This document shows, in pieces, positions 10,992 through 22,022 of a DNA stretch of 64,000 nt. The notes below the pieces were generated by a model. The model was not told the DNA's origin. It did not search any database and saw only the letters and a program-made list of their open reading frames with translations. Position 1 is the first letter of the stretch. Each line of letters starts with the position of its first letter. The position numbers were made by a program, and so were the translations under genes. The DNA lies in the NCBI GenBank assembly GCA_963810095.1, contig CAWEMM010000012.1, positions 512,001 to 576,000 on the forward strand, written 5' to 3'. This DNA comes from an uncultured Chloroflexia bacterium (GTDB taxonomy: Bacteria; Chloroflexota; Anaerolineae; CG2-30-64-16).

Positions 10992-13187
10992 ATGGGTGGT
11001 AAATCGACGGTGGGAACGGCGGCAGGCGACAGGCAGAAGCGCAAGGGCGAAAGCCCTTTCTTCGGGCGCCTGGACCGGCAGGCCGCCGGTGCCCAGCCAG
11101 GAGCCGGACAAGCTCCACAATCAGAAAATCGCCCGACCCGAAACGACGTTCGTTTCGGCGGAGAGGCAGCCAGGCCTGCGAACAGCGCGGCGAGCGTTGG
11201 AGCAGTCACGCGTGGCGTCGTCCACCCTTCGGTAGCCGAGGCGGACGCGGCAGCTCGGGCAAACGCAGGGAGCTGGGGCTGGCTACCCGCACTCGTGCTT
11301 GTTTCAGCATTCGGGCTCGCAAGCGTCGGCATGGCCATGCAACTCGCCAACGAACAACTTGCGGATACGCCCGGGCCCGCCGCAACCTTCCTGCTCTGGC
11401 TGGGGTTGCTCCTCATCTACACACCGGTGGCGTTTCGCATGGCCCTGCCGCAGGCGCCGCGGCGCGAGCGCATCGCACTGGCCGTCTGGCTTGGGCTGGC
11501 GCTCTATCTCGTCAAGATCTTGCGTTCGCCCGCCGGGTTCACCTTTCACGATGAATTTCCGCACTTTGCGACCGCCGACGCCATCCTGCGGACGCAGCAT
11601 CTATTTGCCCCGAACTCGCTGCAGGGCATCAGCGCGTGGTTTCCGGGGCTCGAGATGGTCACTGCTGCGCTGGCGAGCGTGGGCGGCATTTCGATTGAGG
11701 CCGCGGGCCTGGTCATCATTGGCGTTGCCCGGTTGATTGCGGCGCTGGCGGTGTACCTGCTGTTCGAGGAAATCAGCGGCTCGCCGCGCGTCGCCGGCAT
11801 CGGTTCAGTCCTCGCCATCGCCTATCCCAACTATATCTTCTGGAGCTCCCAGTACTCCTACGAGTCGCTGGCCTTGCCGCTCGCGCTGCTGGTGCTGGCC
11901 GTTGGCTTGCTTGCAGGCCGGCGGAGCGCGCCCCGGCGCGATCTTCTGCTGGTCGGTGGAATCCTGATCGCCGCAGTCATCATGACGCACCACATCACGT
12001 CGTACTTTCTCGTGGCGGCGCTGGTCGCGGTGTACATCGTCACACGCTTCGCACAGGGGCCGGTGGCGCACGTCGAACGGGTCGTCCGGCACATGCCGCG
12101 CCTGCTCCGACGTTTCTTGCCCTGGACGCTGTGGACCCGGCCGACCGAACACACGACGACTTCGCGGGAATGGCGCCCCTTGGCCCTGGCTGCGGGCGGG
12201 CTCGCTGTCCTTTGGCTGATCCCAGCGGGGGGCACCTTGATCAGGTACCTCACGCCGCACCTGGAACGGGCCGCGGCAGGTTTTGTGGGCCTCGCCACCC
12301 GCAACAGCAGCGGCCGGACGCCTTTCTCGACCAGCACCGTAACGGCGCCCGCACCGGTCTGGGAACAACTCGTCGCGTTTGGAGCCGTGCTGTTAATCCT
12401 GGCGGTGATTCCGTTCGGGCTGCTGCAGGTGTGGCGGCGGTATCGCTCGCATGGCATGGCCGTCTTTTTTGCCCTCTCCACGCTGTCCTATCCCTTCACC
12501 CTCGTGCTGAGGATGGCCGGCGGGGGCAGCGAAATTGCGAACCGTTCGTGGGATTTCCTGTTCGTGGCGATTGCGTTCGTGCTGGCCGTGGCGGTCGCCG
12601 AGCTGTGGATGGCGCGCGAGCACTTCATGCCCCGTGCGGCCGTCTTTGCCGGGTATGCGAGCATCGTGCTGATGGGTGCGCTGATCGTCGGCACGCCCGC
12701 GTGGGCGCGCTTGCCGGGCAGTTTCATGGTAGGCGGCGACACCCGCGGGCTGCAGCCCGAGAGCTACGCGGCGACCAACTGGGCGCGTGACGTATTGGGA
12801 CCCGACAACCGGTTTATCGCGGACTACAGCAACAAGCTCCTGCTCGGCTCGTTCGGCGAGCAGTACATCGTCGAAGGAATGTCGTGGGTCTACATTTCGC
12901 CCAAGCTATCGTCGGACAGCGAGCTGGCCGACCTGGTGAAACGTGGCGTCGCGTTTGTCGTCGTCGACGACCGGCTTACGACCGGCGTCCCGCGGATCGG
13001 ACATTACTTCGAGCCGGGCGAGCCCGACTCACCGTGGCGGCAGCCGCTGCCGGCGGCCAACCTGACAAAGTTTGACAAGGCATCGTGCCTGAGCCGCGTG
13101 TTTGACAGCGGCCACATCACGATTTACGAGGTCTCGGCCGCCGGGTGCATGGGCACATCGTCGGCGAGCCAGGGAGGAAACCAGTGA
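10992..13187 (+). CDS. Polytopic membrane protein, GT-C-like glycosyltransferase/ligase with C-terminal extracytoplasmic domain
   Basis: Many hydrophobic helices; acidic 'FHDEFPH' motif in an early loop; C-terminal domain 'AATNWARD..RFIAD...RGVAFVVVD...VFDSGHITIYEV'. Family assignment is inferred. Confidence 0.6.
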   Translation: MGGKSTVGTAAGDRQKRKGESPFFGRLDRQAAGAQPGAGQAPQSENRPTRNDVRFGGEAARPANSAASVGAVTRGVVHPSVAEADAAARANAGSWGWLPALVLVSAFGLASVGMAMQLANEQLADTPGPAATFLLWLGLLLIYTPVAFRMALPQAPRRERIALAVWLGLALYLVKILRSPAGFTFHDEFPHFATADAILRTQHLFAPNSLQGISAWFPGLEMVTAALASVGGISIEAAGLVIIGVARLIAALAVYLLFEEISGSPRVAGIGSVLAIAYPNYIFWSSQYSYESLALPLALLVLAVGLLAGRRSAPRRDLLLVGGILIAAVIMTHHITSYFLVAALVAVYIVTRFAQGPVAHVERVVRHMPRLLRRFLPWTLWTRPTEHTTTSREWRPLALAAGGLAVLWLIPAGGTLIRYLTPHLERAAAGFVGLATRNSSGRTPFSTSTVTAPAPVWEQLVAFGAVLLILAVIPFGLLQVWRRYRSHGMAVFFALSTLSYPFTLVLRMAGGGSEIANRSWDFLFVAIAFVLAVAVAELWMAREHFMPRAAVFAGYASIVLMGALIVGTPAWARLPGSFMVGGDTRGLQPESYAATNWARDVLGPDNRFIADYSNKLLLGSFGEQYIVEGMSWVYISPKLSSDSELADLVKRGVAFVVVDDRLTTGVPRIGHYFEPGEPDSPWRQPLPAANLTKFDKASCLSRVFDSGHITIYEVSAAGCMGTSSASQGGNQ

Positions 13188-14377
13188 TGGCTGCAACCGC
13201 GCCAACCGGCAGCGCACGCCTGAAGGTGCTGCTGGCTTCGAACATGTACGCGTACTCGGGCAACTGGGACAAGCTGGACGCGCTCGGCCGCTTTGTCGAC
13301 TTGGCGGTGATCACGCCCGAGCGCTGGGGCGTGCCCGAGCTGAACCAGATGCTGGAGGTGCCCGAGAAGGCGCCCGGAGCGCCGTGGCGCCAGTACCGTC
13401 TGCCGGCACATGTTTACGAAAAGGGCAATCCCTTTCGTTTCTTCTACAGCCCCGCCGCGCTCAGCCGGGTGATCGAGACGGAGCGGCCGGACATCGTCCA
13501 TGTCGAGCAGGAACCCGAAAGCATCAACTTGCTGCAGTTCAGCCTGCTCAAACTGCGCCGCGGCTTCCCGCTGGTATTCGTAGCCTGGGAAGACCATAAC
13601 CCGCTGCAGCTTGGCTGGGGCTTCCGCAAGGTTAACTATGCGATGGCGGACGGGGGCATTTTCGGCAACCAGGTAGCAATGGACCGGGCGGTCAAGTTCG
13701 GCTTTCACAAGAAGATGGAAGTGATCCCGCAGTACGGGTTCGAGATCACCGCCGGCTCAGACGCAGAGTCGCGGCCCGACGATGGCAGGTTTGTGGTCGG
13801 CTACGCTGGCCGGCTGGTGCCCGAGAAGGGCGTGCTGACCCTGGTGGAAGCCACCCGTTTTATGCCAAACACCGAGGTTCTCGTCGCCGGCGAGGGCCCG
13901 CTCGCCAGCCAAATCCGCCACGAGCCGCACGTGAAGATGCTCGGCTGGGTGCCGCGGACCGAGATGGCGTCGTTTTGGTCGCAGCTCGACGTGATGGTGC
14001 TTCCATCGCTGACCGACGGCAAGAAGTGGGTCGAGCAATTCGGCAGGGTGTTGGTGGAGGCGATGGCCGCCGGCGTGCCCGTGGTCGGCTCCGATGCCGG
14101 GCGCATCCCCGACACGGTCGGCGATGCCGGGCTCATCTTCCACGAGGGCGACGCGGCCGGCCTGGGCCAGGCATTGGATGCACTGCGCACGAGCCGGGCG
14201 CGGCGCATCGAACTGCGCGCCAAAGGACTGGCGCGCGTCCGCGAGCACTACAGCCACGAGGTGCTGATGGGCCGCACGGTGCGCTTTTACGAAGAAGTGC
14301 TGGCGCAGCATAAGCCCGAGGCCACGGGTGTTCCTGGTCGGGCGGTGTATCCGGAAACCCGGCAGGCTGAGAGGTAG
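13187..14377 (+). CDS. GT4 glycosyltransferase
   Basis: PDIVHVEQEP, GYAGRLVPEKG, VLPS...EQFGRVLVEAMAAGVPVVGS. Confidence 0.92.
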   Translation: MAATAPTGSARLKVLLASNMYAYSGNWDKLDALGRFVDLAVITPERWGVPELNQMLEVPEKAPGAPWRQYRLPAHVYEKGNPFRFFYSPAALSRVIETERPDIVHVEQEPESINLLQFSLLKLRRGFPLVFVAWEDHNPLQLGWGFRKVNYAMADGGIFGNQVAMDRAVKFGFHKKMEVIPQYGFEITAGSDAESRPDDGRFVVGYAGRLVPEKGVLTLVEATRFMPNTEVLVAGEGPLASQIRHEPHVKMLGWVPRTEMASFWSQLDVMVLPSLTDGKKWVEQFGRVLVEAMAAGVPVVGSDAGRIPDTVGDAGLIFHEGDAAGLGQALDALRTSRARRIELRAKGLARVREHYSHEVLMGRTVRFYEEVLAQHKPEATGVPGRAVYPETRQAER

Positions 14378-14380
14378 CGG

Positions 14381-15172
14381 GTGCGGCGAACGAACGGCGA
14401 CCTCCTGGTCGTGATCCTCCTCTCGATTCTGGCAGCTGCCACCGGTGCGATCTCGGGCGACAGCTCGAACGTGCTGCGCGCGGGCCTCAGCCTGCCGTTC
14501 GTGCTGTTCCTGCCAGGTTATGCCCTCTCGGCAGCCCTGCTGCCCGACGGCCGGGCCGGGCTGGCCGAGCGCATCGCGCTCAGCGCGGGCCTGAGCCTCG
14601 CGATCGCGATGATCGGAGGCTTGCTGCTCAATCTCCTGTCATCTGGGCTCACGGCGCAGTCCTGGCGTTTCCTGCTGCTGGGCGTGACCTTGGTGGCCGC
14701 CGGGTATGCGATCTGGCGGCGGCAGCACAGCGGGGCGCCGGGACCCGGCCCGCTCGTGACGCGGATCTCATTGCGCGAAGCCGTGCTGGTGAGCAGTGCG
14801 GCGCTCCTGATCGGTCTGACGCTTGGCCTGGGTGCGATCGGCGTCGACCCGAATGGGCGGAGCGGGGGCAGTCGGGCCGCGTTCACCCAGATGTGGGCTG
14901 TGCCCGCCCCGGCCGGCGATCAGTACGTCGTCAATGTCGGCTTGCAGAACTACGAGGCCGAGCGCACGACCTACCGGGTGACCCTCGAAGCGGGCGGCCG
15001 GCTGCTGGCCGAATGGCCGCGGATCGTGCTGGCTAACGGCGCGAGTTGGCAGGCGCAGGCGACGCTGCCCCCGAGCTTGCGCAGCCAGGTCGTCACTGCC
15101 AATGCCTATCGGGCCGACGAAACGGCTCCGTACCGCCACGTACGTCTCGCGCCCCAGGGAAGCAATCCATGA
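14381..15172 (+). CDS. DUF1616-like membrane protein
   Basis: LRAGLSLPFVLFLPGYAL..AL, ERIALSAGLSLAI, FTQMW, C-terminal Ig-like part 'VGLQNYEAERTTY', 'PYRHVRL'. Confidence 0.75.
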   Translation: MRRTNGDLLVVILLSILAAATGAISGDSSNVLRAGLSLPFVLFLPGYALSAALLPDGRAGLAERIALSAGLSLAIAMIGGLLLNLLSSGLTAQSWRFLLLGVTLVAAGYAIWRRQHSGAPGPGPLVTRISLREAVLVSSAALLIGLTLGLGAIGVDPNGRSGGSRAAFTQMWAVPAPAGDQYVVNVGLQNYEAERTTYRVTLEAGGRLLAEWPRIVLANGASWQAQATLPPSLRSQVVTANAYRADETAPYRHVRLAPQGSNP

Positions 15173-16389
15173 AACGGGCGTCGATCATCGGGGCGGGCGC
15201 CGGATTCGTGCTCATTTGCCTGACGCGGGCGTGGGCCCGGGGCCTAGCCGCGCGGGAGCTGCCGCGCCGGCAGGAGCCCCGGCTGCCCGAGCGCTGGCCG
15301 TCCGTCTCGATAATTGTGCCTGCGTGGGAAGAACGGGGGATGCTCGAAGCCTGCCTGGACCAACTCAGTCGCATCGAATACGAGAGCTATGAGGTGATCG
15401 TGGTGGCGGGGGGGTCCGACGGCACCGTCGAAGCTGCAGCCGAGCACGCCCGCGGCGACAGGCGTGTGCGCGTCATGGTCCAGCGAAGCAGGGGCGGGAA
15501 GAACGGCGCGATGAACGACGCGGCTCGCCGGGCCCGCTATGACGTGCTCGTGTTCCTCGACGCCGATGCGCTGGTCGCACAGGGGTGGCTCAAAGGCCTG
15601 ATCGCAGCGCTTGAACCGGGTTACGCGGCCAGCACAGGGAAGTACGTCCCGACCCGCCGCACGCTTGTTTCTCGGGCTGGGGAGATGAGCGAAGTGCTCG
15701 AGAAAGAGGTGCGGGGACGCGTCATCCTGCAGGGCAGCGGCAGCGTTGCGATCCGTCGGGACGTGTTCGACGCGATCGGCGGCATCCCCGAGGGCCGCTA
15801 TGCAGACGATTGGGCGTTATCGGCGCTGCTGCGCGAGAGGGGATATCAAGTAGCCTATGCCCCGGCCGCGCTCTTGTGCAGCGAGCGACCCGCAACCCTT
15901 CGCGAGTGGTGGCGGAACGAGTTGCGGTGGCGCCGGACGCATTTGCTCACGCTTTTTCATGTGGCGCGGTATGAGCTGCGCGATCCGGTGTCCGCGGCCA
16001 AAGCCCTCTATCCGTATGCCGTTGCCTGGACCGTGATTGGCCTCTCTGCGGCTGCGGGCGTGGCGCAGGTGGCGGGCTTCCAGCGAAGAATGCTGCTGGA
16101 GACGTTGTTGGCGGCGGTCGTGGGCGGGGCCGTCATTCGGGAAGTCGCCGGCGCGTTCGAGACTGCGGCCTACACCGGAGAGGCACATTGGCTGCGGGTC
16201 GGGCCGGTTATGGCGGTTCTGACGGGCCTGGGTTGGTTGGCTAATGCGATTGCGACGCTGACGACCCGCCAAACGCGGCTTCATTTCAAGGGTCCGCGGA
16301 GCGGTGCCACCGCCACGCCCGAGCCGGACGCGACACCGGCCCAGCCCTGCCTGCCCGCCGCGGTTCCGGAGGTCAAGACAACGCTATGA
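15169..16389 (+). CDS. GT2 glycosyltransferase with N- and C-terminal TM segments (processive-type)
   Basis: VSIIVPAWEE, GKNGAMN, FLDAD, ADDWALS, 'WWRNELRWRR' resembling QxxRW. Confidence 0.85.
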   Translation: MKRASIIGAGAGFVLICLTRAWARGLAARELPRRQEPRLPERWPSVSIIVPAWEERGMLEACLDQLSRIEYESYEVIVVAGGSDGTVEAAAEHARGDRRVRVMVQRSRGGKNGAMNDAARRARYDVLVFLDADALVAQGWLKGLIAALEPGYAASTGKYVPTRRTLVSRAGEMSEVLEKEVRGRVILQGSGSVAIRRDVFDAIGGIPEGRYADDWALSALLRERGYQVAYAPAALLCSERPATLREWWRNELRWRRTHLLTLFHVARYELRDPVSAAKALYPYAVAWTVIGLSAAAGVAQVAGFQRRMLLETLLAAVVGGAVIREVAGAFETAAYTGEAHWLRVGPVMAVLTGLGWLANAIATLTTRQTRLHFKGPRSGATATPEPDATPAQPCLPAAVPEVKTTL

Positions 16390-17306
16390 GCATGACCGTC
16401 GCGATCGTCAGCTACAACACGCGCGAGCACTTGCGGGCATGCCTCGAGTCCGTGGTCGCAGAGCGCCCGCCGCAGGTAGTCGTGGTCGACAATGCCTCGA
16501 CAGACGGCAGCCCCGAAATGGTACGGGCGTACTTCCCTGAGGTTGAGTTGGTGGCCGCGCCGAACGAGGGGTTCGGAGCCGGCGCCAACCTTGCGATCGA
16601 ACAGGCGCGGCTGCCCTTCGTGCTGCTGCTGAACAGCGATACCCGGCTGCACCCCGGCTGCCTTACGGAACTCACGGCCTACCTTCAGACGCATCCGGAG
16701 GCCGGTATGGTCGGCCCGCGCCTGGTCAACCCCGACGGAACGCTTCAACCCTCCATCTACCCGCTACCCAGCCCAACGGCCGAGTTGGTGCGGTGGACGT
16801 CCGTGCGCCCGATTGCCGGCCGCGTTCCACGTTTGCGCCAGAAGTATCTCATCGATTGCCCACACGACCGCGCTCTACGCGTCGGTTGGGTTGCCGGCGC
16901 GGCGCTGGCGATCCGAAAAAGCGCCTTCGAGGCCGTTGGCGGCTTCGACACATCCTTCTTTATGTACTCAGAAGAGGTCGACCTGGCGTACTCGATGGAG
17001 GAAGCCGGGTGGCAGGTGCACTTCGCGCCGGTGACCACCGTGACCCATTTCGGCGGGGCCAGCACAGAGGCCCACCGGTCCGATATGATGACGCGCTTGT
17101 TTGACTCGATGGTGCTCCTCTACCGGAAGCACTTCTCGCGGGATTGGCAGCGCAAGCTGAAGGTGATCATCACTTACGTCATGCTGCGCAACCTGCTGCG
17201 CGACCGGTGGCGGCTCTTGAGAACCCGCGGCCCGAAACAGTACGAGCAGTTGGCGCAGGACCTCGCCGCCTGGCGCCGCGTCTTGCGGACCATCTGGAGC
17301 GGATGA
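16386..17306 (+). CDS. GT2 glycosyltransferase (rhamnosyltransferase-like)
   Basis: IVSYNTR, VVDNASTDGS, NEGFGAGAN, LLNSD, GGFDTSFFMYSEEVDL, VTHFGGAS. Confidence 0.9.
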   Translation: MSMTVAIVSYNTREHLRACLESVVAERPPQVVVVDNASTDGSPEMVRAYFPEVELVAAPNEGFGAGANLAIEQARLPFVLLLNSDTRLHPGCLTELTAYLQTHPEAGMVGPRLVNPDGTLQPSIYPLPSPTAELVRWTSVRPIAGRVPRLRQKYLIDCPHDRALRVGWVAGAALAIRKSAFEAVGGFDTSFFMYSEEVDLAYSMEEAGWQVHFAPVTTVTHFGGASTEAHRSDMMTRLFDSMVLLYRKHFSRDWQRKLKVIITYVMLRNLLRDRWRLLRTRGPKQYEQLAQDLAAWRRVLRTIWSG

Positions 17307-17307
17307 G

Positions 17308-18807
17308 GTGGCAAGTTCGGTGGGCGTTTCGGTCCTGGAGCTTCTGCATCCCCTTGGATATGCGCGGACGGTGCGCGTGATCGGTAGAGGATATGAAGCG
17401 CCCGGCTTGTGCCCCGAGGGCCACGACCAGGCAGCGGGCCTTGCGGACCTCGTCCTCCTTGCACCCAGCGCCGACGAGCTTGCAGAACCGGGCTGGTTGG
17501 AAGCGGCCGTGGAAGGGGCGGCGGGGTCTCTGGAGCGAGACGGCGTGCTTTACATTTTGGCGGGCCGCAGCCGCCGCAGCCACCTACGCGCGCTGCTGGC
17601 TCGCTGCAAGCTCAAGGTTGCCTCCACCATCATGCATCACCAGGACTGGTCAGGCGCCGAAACAATGGTGCCGCTGCAGCCGGCGCCCATCGCCTATGCC
17701 TTCTCCCGCCTGATCCCAACTCATCCGCTCCGCCGGCGCCTCGCGCTGGGTCTGATCCGGCTGCCCGGCGTGCTCGCGCTCGCGGCCGCGCTGCTGCCCC
17801 GCGTCGGCCTGCTCGTCCAGCGGCCCGAAGCGCGGCCGGCAGCCGCCTGGTTCACCGGCCTACCGGGCTTGGGAGAGCCGATCAGTGGCGTCGTCGTCAA
17901 CACGAGCTGGCGCGGCGGCGACGGCGCAGTCTTGCTGCATGCGGTCGATGCATGGCCCGGGGAAGCGAGGGGCATCGCCAAGACCTGGCTCTCCGGAAAC
18001 GGCGACGACAGCGTTGGCCGGGAAGCAGAGGGCCTGGGGGATATCGGGGACCGTGCCGGTCAGTTCGGCGTGCAGGTGCCCCGACTTCTGGGACGGGGCC
18101 GGCTGGGGGGCCGGCCATTCGTAGCCGAGAGCGCGGTCGTCGGGGAGAAAGCCGCGCTTTTCCTCCGCCACGATCCGCGCAAGCTGCAGGCGCTGCTGAC
18201 TCAGCTGACCGAGTGGCTGGTCGCCTGGAACTCCGCCACCATTCAGCCGCGGGTTCTGACCGAAGATATCCTGGACGGCATCCTGCTGCAGCCGGCCGCC
18301 GAGTTGTTGTCGCAGACCGACGGCTATGAAGCCTACCGCCGGCAGCTGCAGGCCCTGGCGAGCCGCGTGGTGGGGAAAGAAGGCCCCGTCGTCGCGGCCC
18401 ACGGCGACCTTACCATGGTGAACGTGCTGGTAGATGACGCGGGACGGCTCGGCATCATCGACTGGGAGACCGGTCGCCCGGCCGAACTGCCGCTGATGGA
18501 CTTCTTTTACGCCGTGGTCGATGCGGCGGCGGCTGTGGATGACTATCGTGACCGCCCGGCGGCGTTCGCCGAGTGTTTCGCGCCTGCGGGGCGTTACCGG
18601 CCGCTGGTCGCGCCGCTGCAGCAATCGTGCGAGCAGGCGCTCGGCCTGAGCGAAGACCAGGTGGCCCTCAGCTTCCACGCCTCCTGGCTCAAGTTCGCGC
18701 TTGACGAACGCGACGAGTCGGCAAAGGCCGCGCCGGACGAGTTTCTACAGATCGTGCGCCACGCCGCCACGGGTCGCTACGAACGCGCAGGTCGCTGGCC
18801 GGCGTGA
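17308..18807 (+). CDS. Aminoglycoside-phosphotransferase-like kinase with an N-terminal degenerate methyltransferase-like region
   Basis: Brenner motif HGDLTMVNV and GIIDWE. The N-terminal 'ADLVLLAP...AAGSLERDGVLYI' resembles class I MTase strands (inference). Confidence 0.7.
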   Translation: MASSVGVSVLELLHPLGYARTVRVIGRGYEAPGLCPEGHDQAAGLADLVLLAPSADELAEPGWLEAAVEGAAGSLERDGVLYILAGRSRRSHLRALLARCKLKVASTIMHHQDWSGAETMVPLQPAPIAYAFSRLIPTHPLRRRLALGLIRLPGVLALAAALLPRVGLLVQRPEARPAAAWFTGLPGLGEPISGVVVNTSWRGGDGAVLLHAVDAWPGEARGIAKTWLSGNGDDSVGREAEGLGDIGDRAGQFGVQVPRLLGRGRLGGRPFVAESAVVGEKAALFLRHDPRKLQALLTQLTEWLVAWNSATIQPRVLTEDILDGILLQPAAELLSQTDGYEAYRRQLQALASRVVGKEGPVVAAHGDLTMVNVLVDDAGRLGIIDWETGRPAELPLMDFFYAVVDAAAAVDDYRDRPAAFAECFAPAGRYRPLVAPLQQSCEQALGLSEDQVALSFHASWLKFALDERDESAKAAPDEFLQIVRHAATGRYERAGRWPA

Positions 18808-20101
18808 CGCTGATGAGCTCACCTTGGCCCGAGCCGCCTTGCCCCTCACAGAAGCGCAAGGTCCTGATGCTGTCGCCGTTTGCGCCACGGCTCGACGCCA
18901 GCATGGGCGGCCCCCGCGTCATCGCGCAGCTGATCATGGCGCTTTCCTGCGGCGAACAACTCGGGCTCCTGTATCTACGCGGCCAGGACGAGCCGTCGCT
19001 CGACGAGCGGGTGCGGGCGGCTTGCGATGTGGCGATCGAGGTCAAGCGCGCAGACGCCAGTGCGGGGATCAGGAGATGGAGAGAGCACGCGGCCGCGGCG
19101 CTGGATCTGGCGCGCGGCATTCCAAGTTGGGTCTCCGGTTGGCATCAGCCCGCGTTTCGCGCGGACGTTGCGCTCGCTTACCTCGACCTGGCAGCCGGAA
19201 ATCGTACAGGCGGAATTCCACCTGATGGCACAGTACCTGCCCGCGCTGGGGCCAGCCCGTCCGCCAACCGTCCTCAATCAGCACGAGCCCGGCGCGGCCG
19301 CAGCGAGCGATCGCAGCCGGCTCGGCCTGATGCCGGGGCGAGTGGCGCCGTGGCTGGAGGTGCGGGCGTGGCGCAAATACGAGCAGTCACTCGCCCGGCA
19401 TGTCGACGCCATCGTCACCTTCACCGAGCGGGACCGAGAGGCGATGGAAGCCTTGCACCCGTCCGGCAAGCTCAAAGTCATCGCGCTCGGGGCATTTGTA
19501 CCACACGTCCCGGCGAATCCGCTCGGCGGCCAGCCGCCCGCTATCCTTTTCTTCGGCAACTATCTGCACGCGCCGAACTTCGACGCGGCGCTTGCACCTT
19601 GCGCATGACATCTACCCGCAGCTGCGGGCCCAGGTCCCCGACCTGTGCCTCTGGTTGCCTGGAGACGGCGCGCCCGCCGCGCTCCTGGCGCTGGCGAACG
19701 AGCAGGTCCACGTGCCCGGCCGGGTGGCGAGCCTGCAGCCCTATCTGGACGGAGCGGCCGTCGTCGTGGCGCCGATTCGTATTGGCGGCGGGATGCGGGT
19801 GAAGGTGCTCGAGGCGCTGGCTGCCGGCAAGGCGGTGGTCGCGTCGCCGCGCGCGCTGGAAGGGCTGAACCTCGTGGACGGGGAGCAGGTGCTCAGCGCC
19901 CAGAGCGACGAGGACTTCGTGCGGCGGGTGCTCTGGCTGATCGGCAACCCGGCCGAACGGTCGAGGCTGGCCGGGCGCGCGCGCCAATGGGCGGTCGAAC
20001 ATCTCAGCTGGGATCGGACGGCCGCGAAGTACTCGGCGCTCTACGATGAACTGCAGCGCGACGCGCAGACAGCTGACGTGGAACGGAAATCTCGTGGCTA
20101 A
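18804..20101 (+). CDS. GT4 glycosyltransferase (two frameshifts)
   Basis: KVLMLSPFAP (frame 18804); PEIVQAEF, LFFGNYLHAPNFDA (frame 19027); APIRIGGGMRVKVLEALAAGKAVVAS (frame 19400). Confidence 0.85.
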
Positions 20102-21132
20102 AGGCGCGAGCCCGGGAGCACGCATGGCGCGGCAGGCTGAAGCAGACGTCTGGCGCTTCCGCGACGATCCGCAGGCCCTTGCGCAGCTGCCGCTCGGCCG
20201 CTTCTCGGAAGCGGGCGTGCGCAGCCTGCTGTTGCGGCGCTTGTGCCTCAAGCTGCCCTTCCCGGCGACGGTCATCGCGGCTCTTGGTTCTTTGAAATGG
20301 GGCGGTGCCGGATCGAAAGCGGGTGGGTTCGCAGCCGAGATAGTCTACTGGCGCCGCGCCCGGGCGCTGCTCACCCCCTCGGAATGGACCGCGCTGACGC
20401 ACGGACCCGTGATCCTGATGTACCACGCTTTAGGTGGACCACGGGAGCCGGGGAGCCGTTACATCCTGCCCTCCGCGCGCTTCCGGCGGCAGGTCGCATG
20501 GCTGCGCGCACGGGGCTACCGGATCATTCCCCTTGCCGAGTTGGCCCGGGCCCGCACCGGCGCCCAAGTCCCGCCCGCGCGATTCAATCGTCCTGACCTT
20601 CGACGATGGCTACAAGGACAACGCTGCGGCGCTAACCCAGGCCGGTTTGCCGGCGACCGTGTTCGTGGTCACCGCCCAGGTCGGAGGCACGAACGCCTGG
20701 GACCGCGAGGGCCGGCTGGCGGGGCGCGCTTTGCTGGATTGGGACGAGGCCAGGCAGCTTAGGAGCGCCGGCGTGGAGATCGGGGCCCATTCCCGCACGC
20801 ACCCCTCCCTGCCCGACGTGGACGTCGAGCGGTTGGCCCACGAGGTGTGCGGCGCGCTCGCCGACCTGCAAAGGGAACTCGGACCGGGTGCTTATTCGTT
20901 TGCTTATCCACACGGGCGATTTGATGCCCGCACGCAGGAGCAGGTCGCCGCGGCGGGCTTCAGTGCTGCCTGCTGCAGCCGGGGCGGCGTCAACGATGCT
21001 GCCGTTGGGCAGTTCGAGTTGCGGCGCGTGGAAATCAAGGGCACGGATTCATTCCTCAGTTTTGTGCTGATGGTGTGGTTGGGCCGGCGCATTACGCCGG
21101 TCCAGTTGTTGAGGAGCTTGTTTCTTGGCTGA
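20094..21132 (+). CDS. Polysaccharide deacetylase (CE4, IcaB/PgaB-like), frameshift near 20575
   Basis: PVILMYH, LTFDDGY, ATVFVVT, EIGAHSRTH, FAYPHG. Confidence 0.88.
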
Positions 21133-22022
21133 ACGGGTCACTGAGCTGACCGTGGCGATTGCCACGCTTAACCGGCCCGAGGGCGTGGCACGGTGCCTCG
21201 ACGCGCTCGACGCCGGCAGCGCGCTGCCCGTCCGAGATCGTGGTGGTCGACCAGAGCGCGGGCGACGAGACCGAGCATCTGATCGGCTCGGCGCGCCACG
21301 GCGTGGTGCCGGTGCGCTACGTACGCCAGTCGCGCCGCGGCCTTTCTGCCTCGCGAAACCAGGGCCTGTCGGTTGCCTCCTGCCCAGTCGTTGCCATGAC
21401 AGACGACGATTGTGTGCCAGATCAGGGTTGGGTGGCTGCCCTGGCGGACAGTTTCGGGGCGGACGGCGTGGCGGCCGTGTCGGGTCGCGTCATGCCATAC
21501 GGGCCGGACGTGCGGGGCATGTACGCGGTTTCCTCGCGCCTCAGCACGGCCCGGGCCACCTTCGAGCGAAAGGGGCCGCCGTGGATGGCGGGCAGCGGCG
21601 GCAACTTTGCCGTGCGACGTGAAGTCTGGTCGCGGTTAGGGGGGTTTGACGAACGACTGGGCGCCGGGTCGGCGGGCCTGGCCGCCGAAGACATGGACTT
21701 TATCTACCGGATGCTGTGCGCGGGCGAGAAAATCCTGTACGACCCCAGCGCCATTGTCTATCACGAGCGGCAGGATCTGCGCCGGCGGACGGCCACTCGC
21801 TGGAGCTACGGGTACGGCATCGGCGCAGCGTGCGGCAAGTGGCTGCGCTTGAGCGATCCCTACGCCGCCCGAGTGCTGGCGGGCTGGATGGTGTGGCGGA
21901 CGCGCGGGCTGCTGACGGCCGTACGGCGTCGGGAAGCGCAGGCGATCAACGAGCATGGCCTGATGCTGCGCGGGACCTTGGCCGGCCTGGCGTATGGGCT
22001 GCGCCTAAGGGGCGTCCGCTGA
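21125..22022 (+). CDS. GT2 glycosyltransferase (frameshifted)
   Basis: TVAIATLNRP; EIVVVDQS, GLSASRNQG, MTDDDC, GGFDERLGAG...AEDMDF. Confidence 0.85.
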
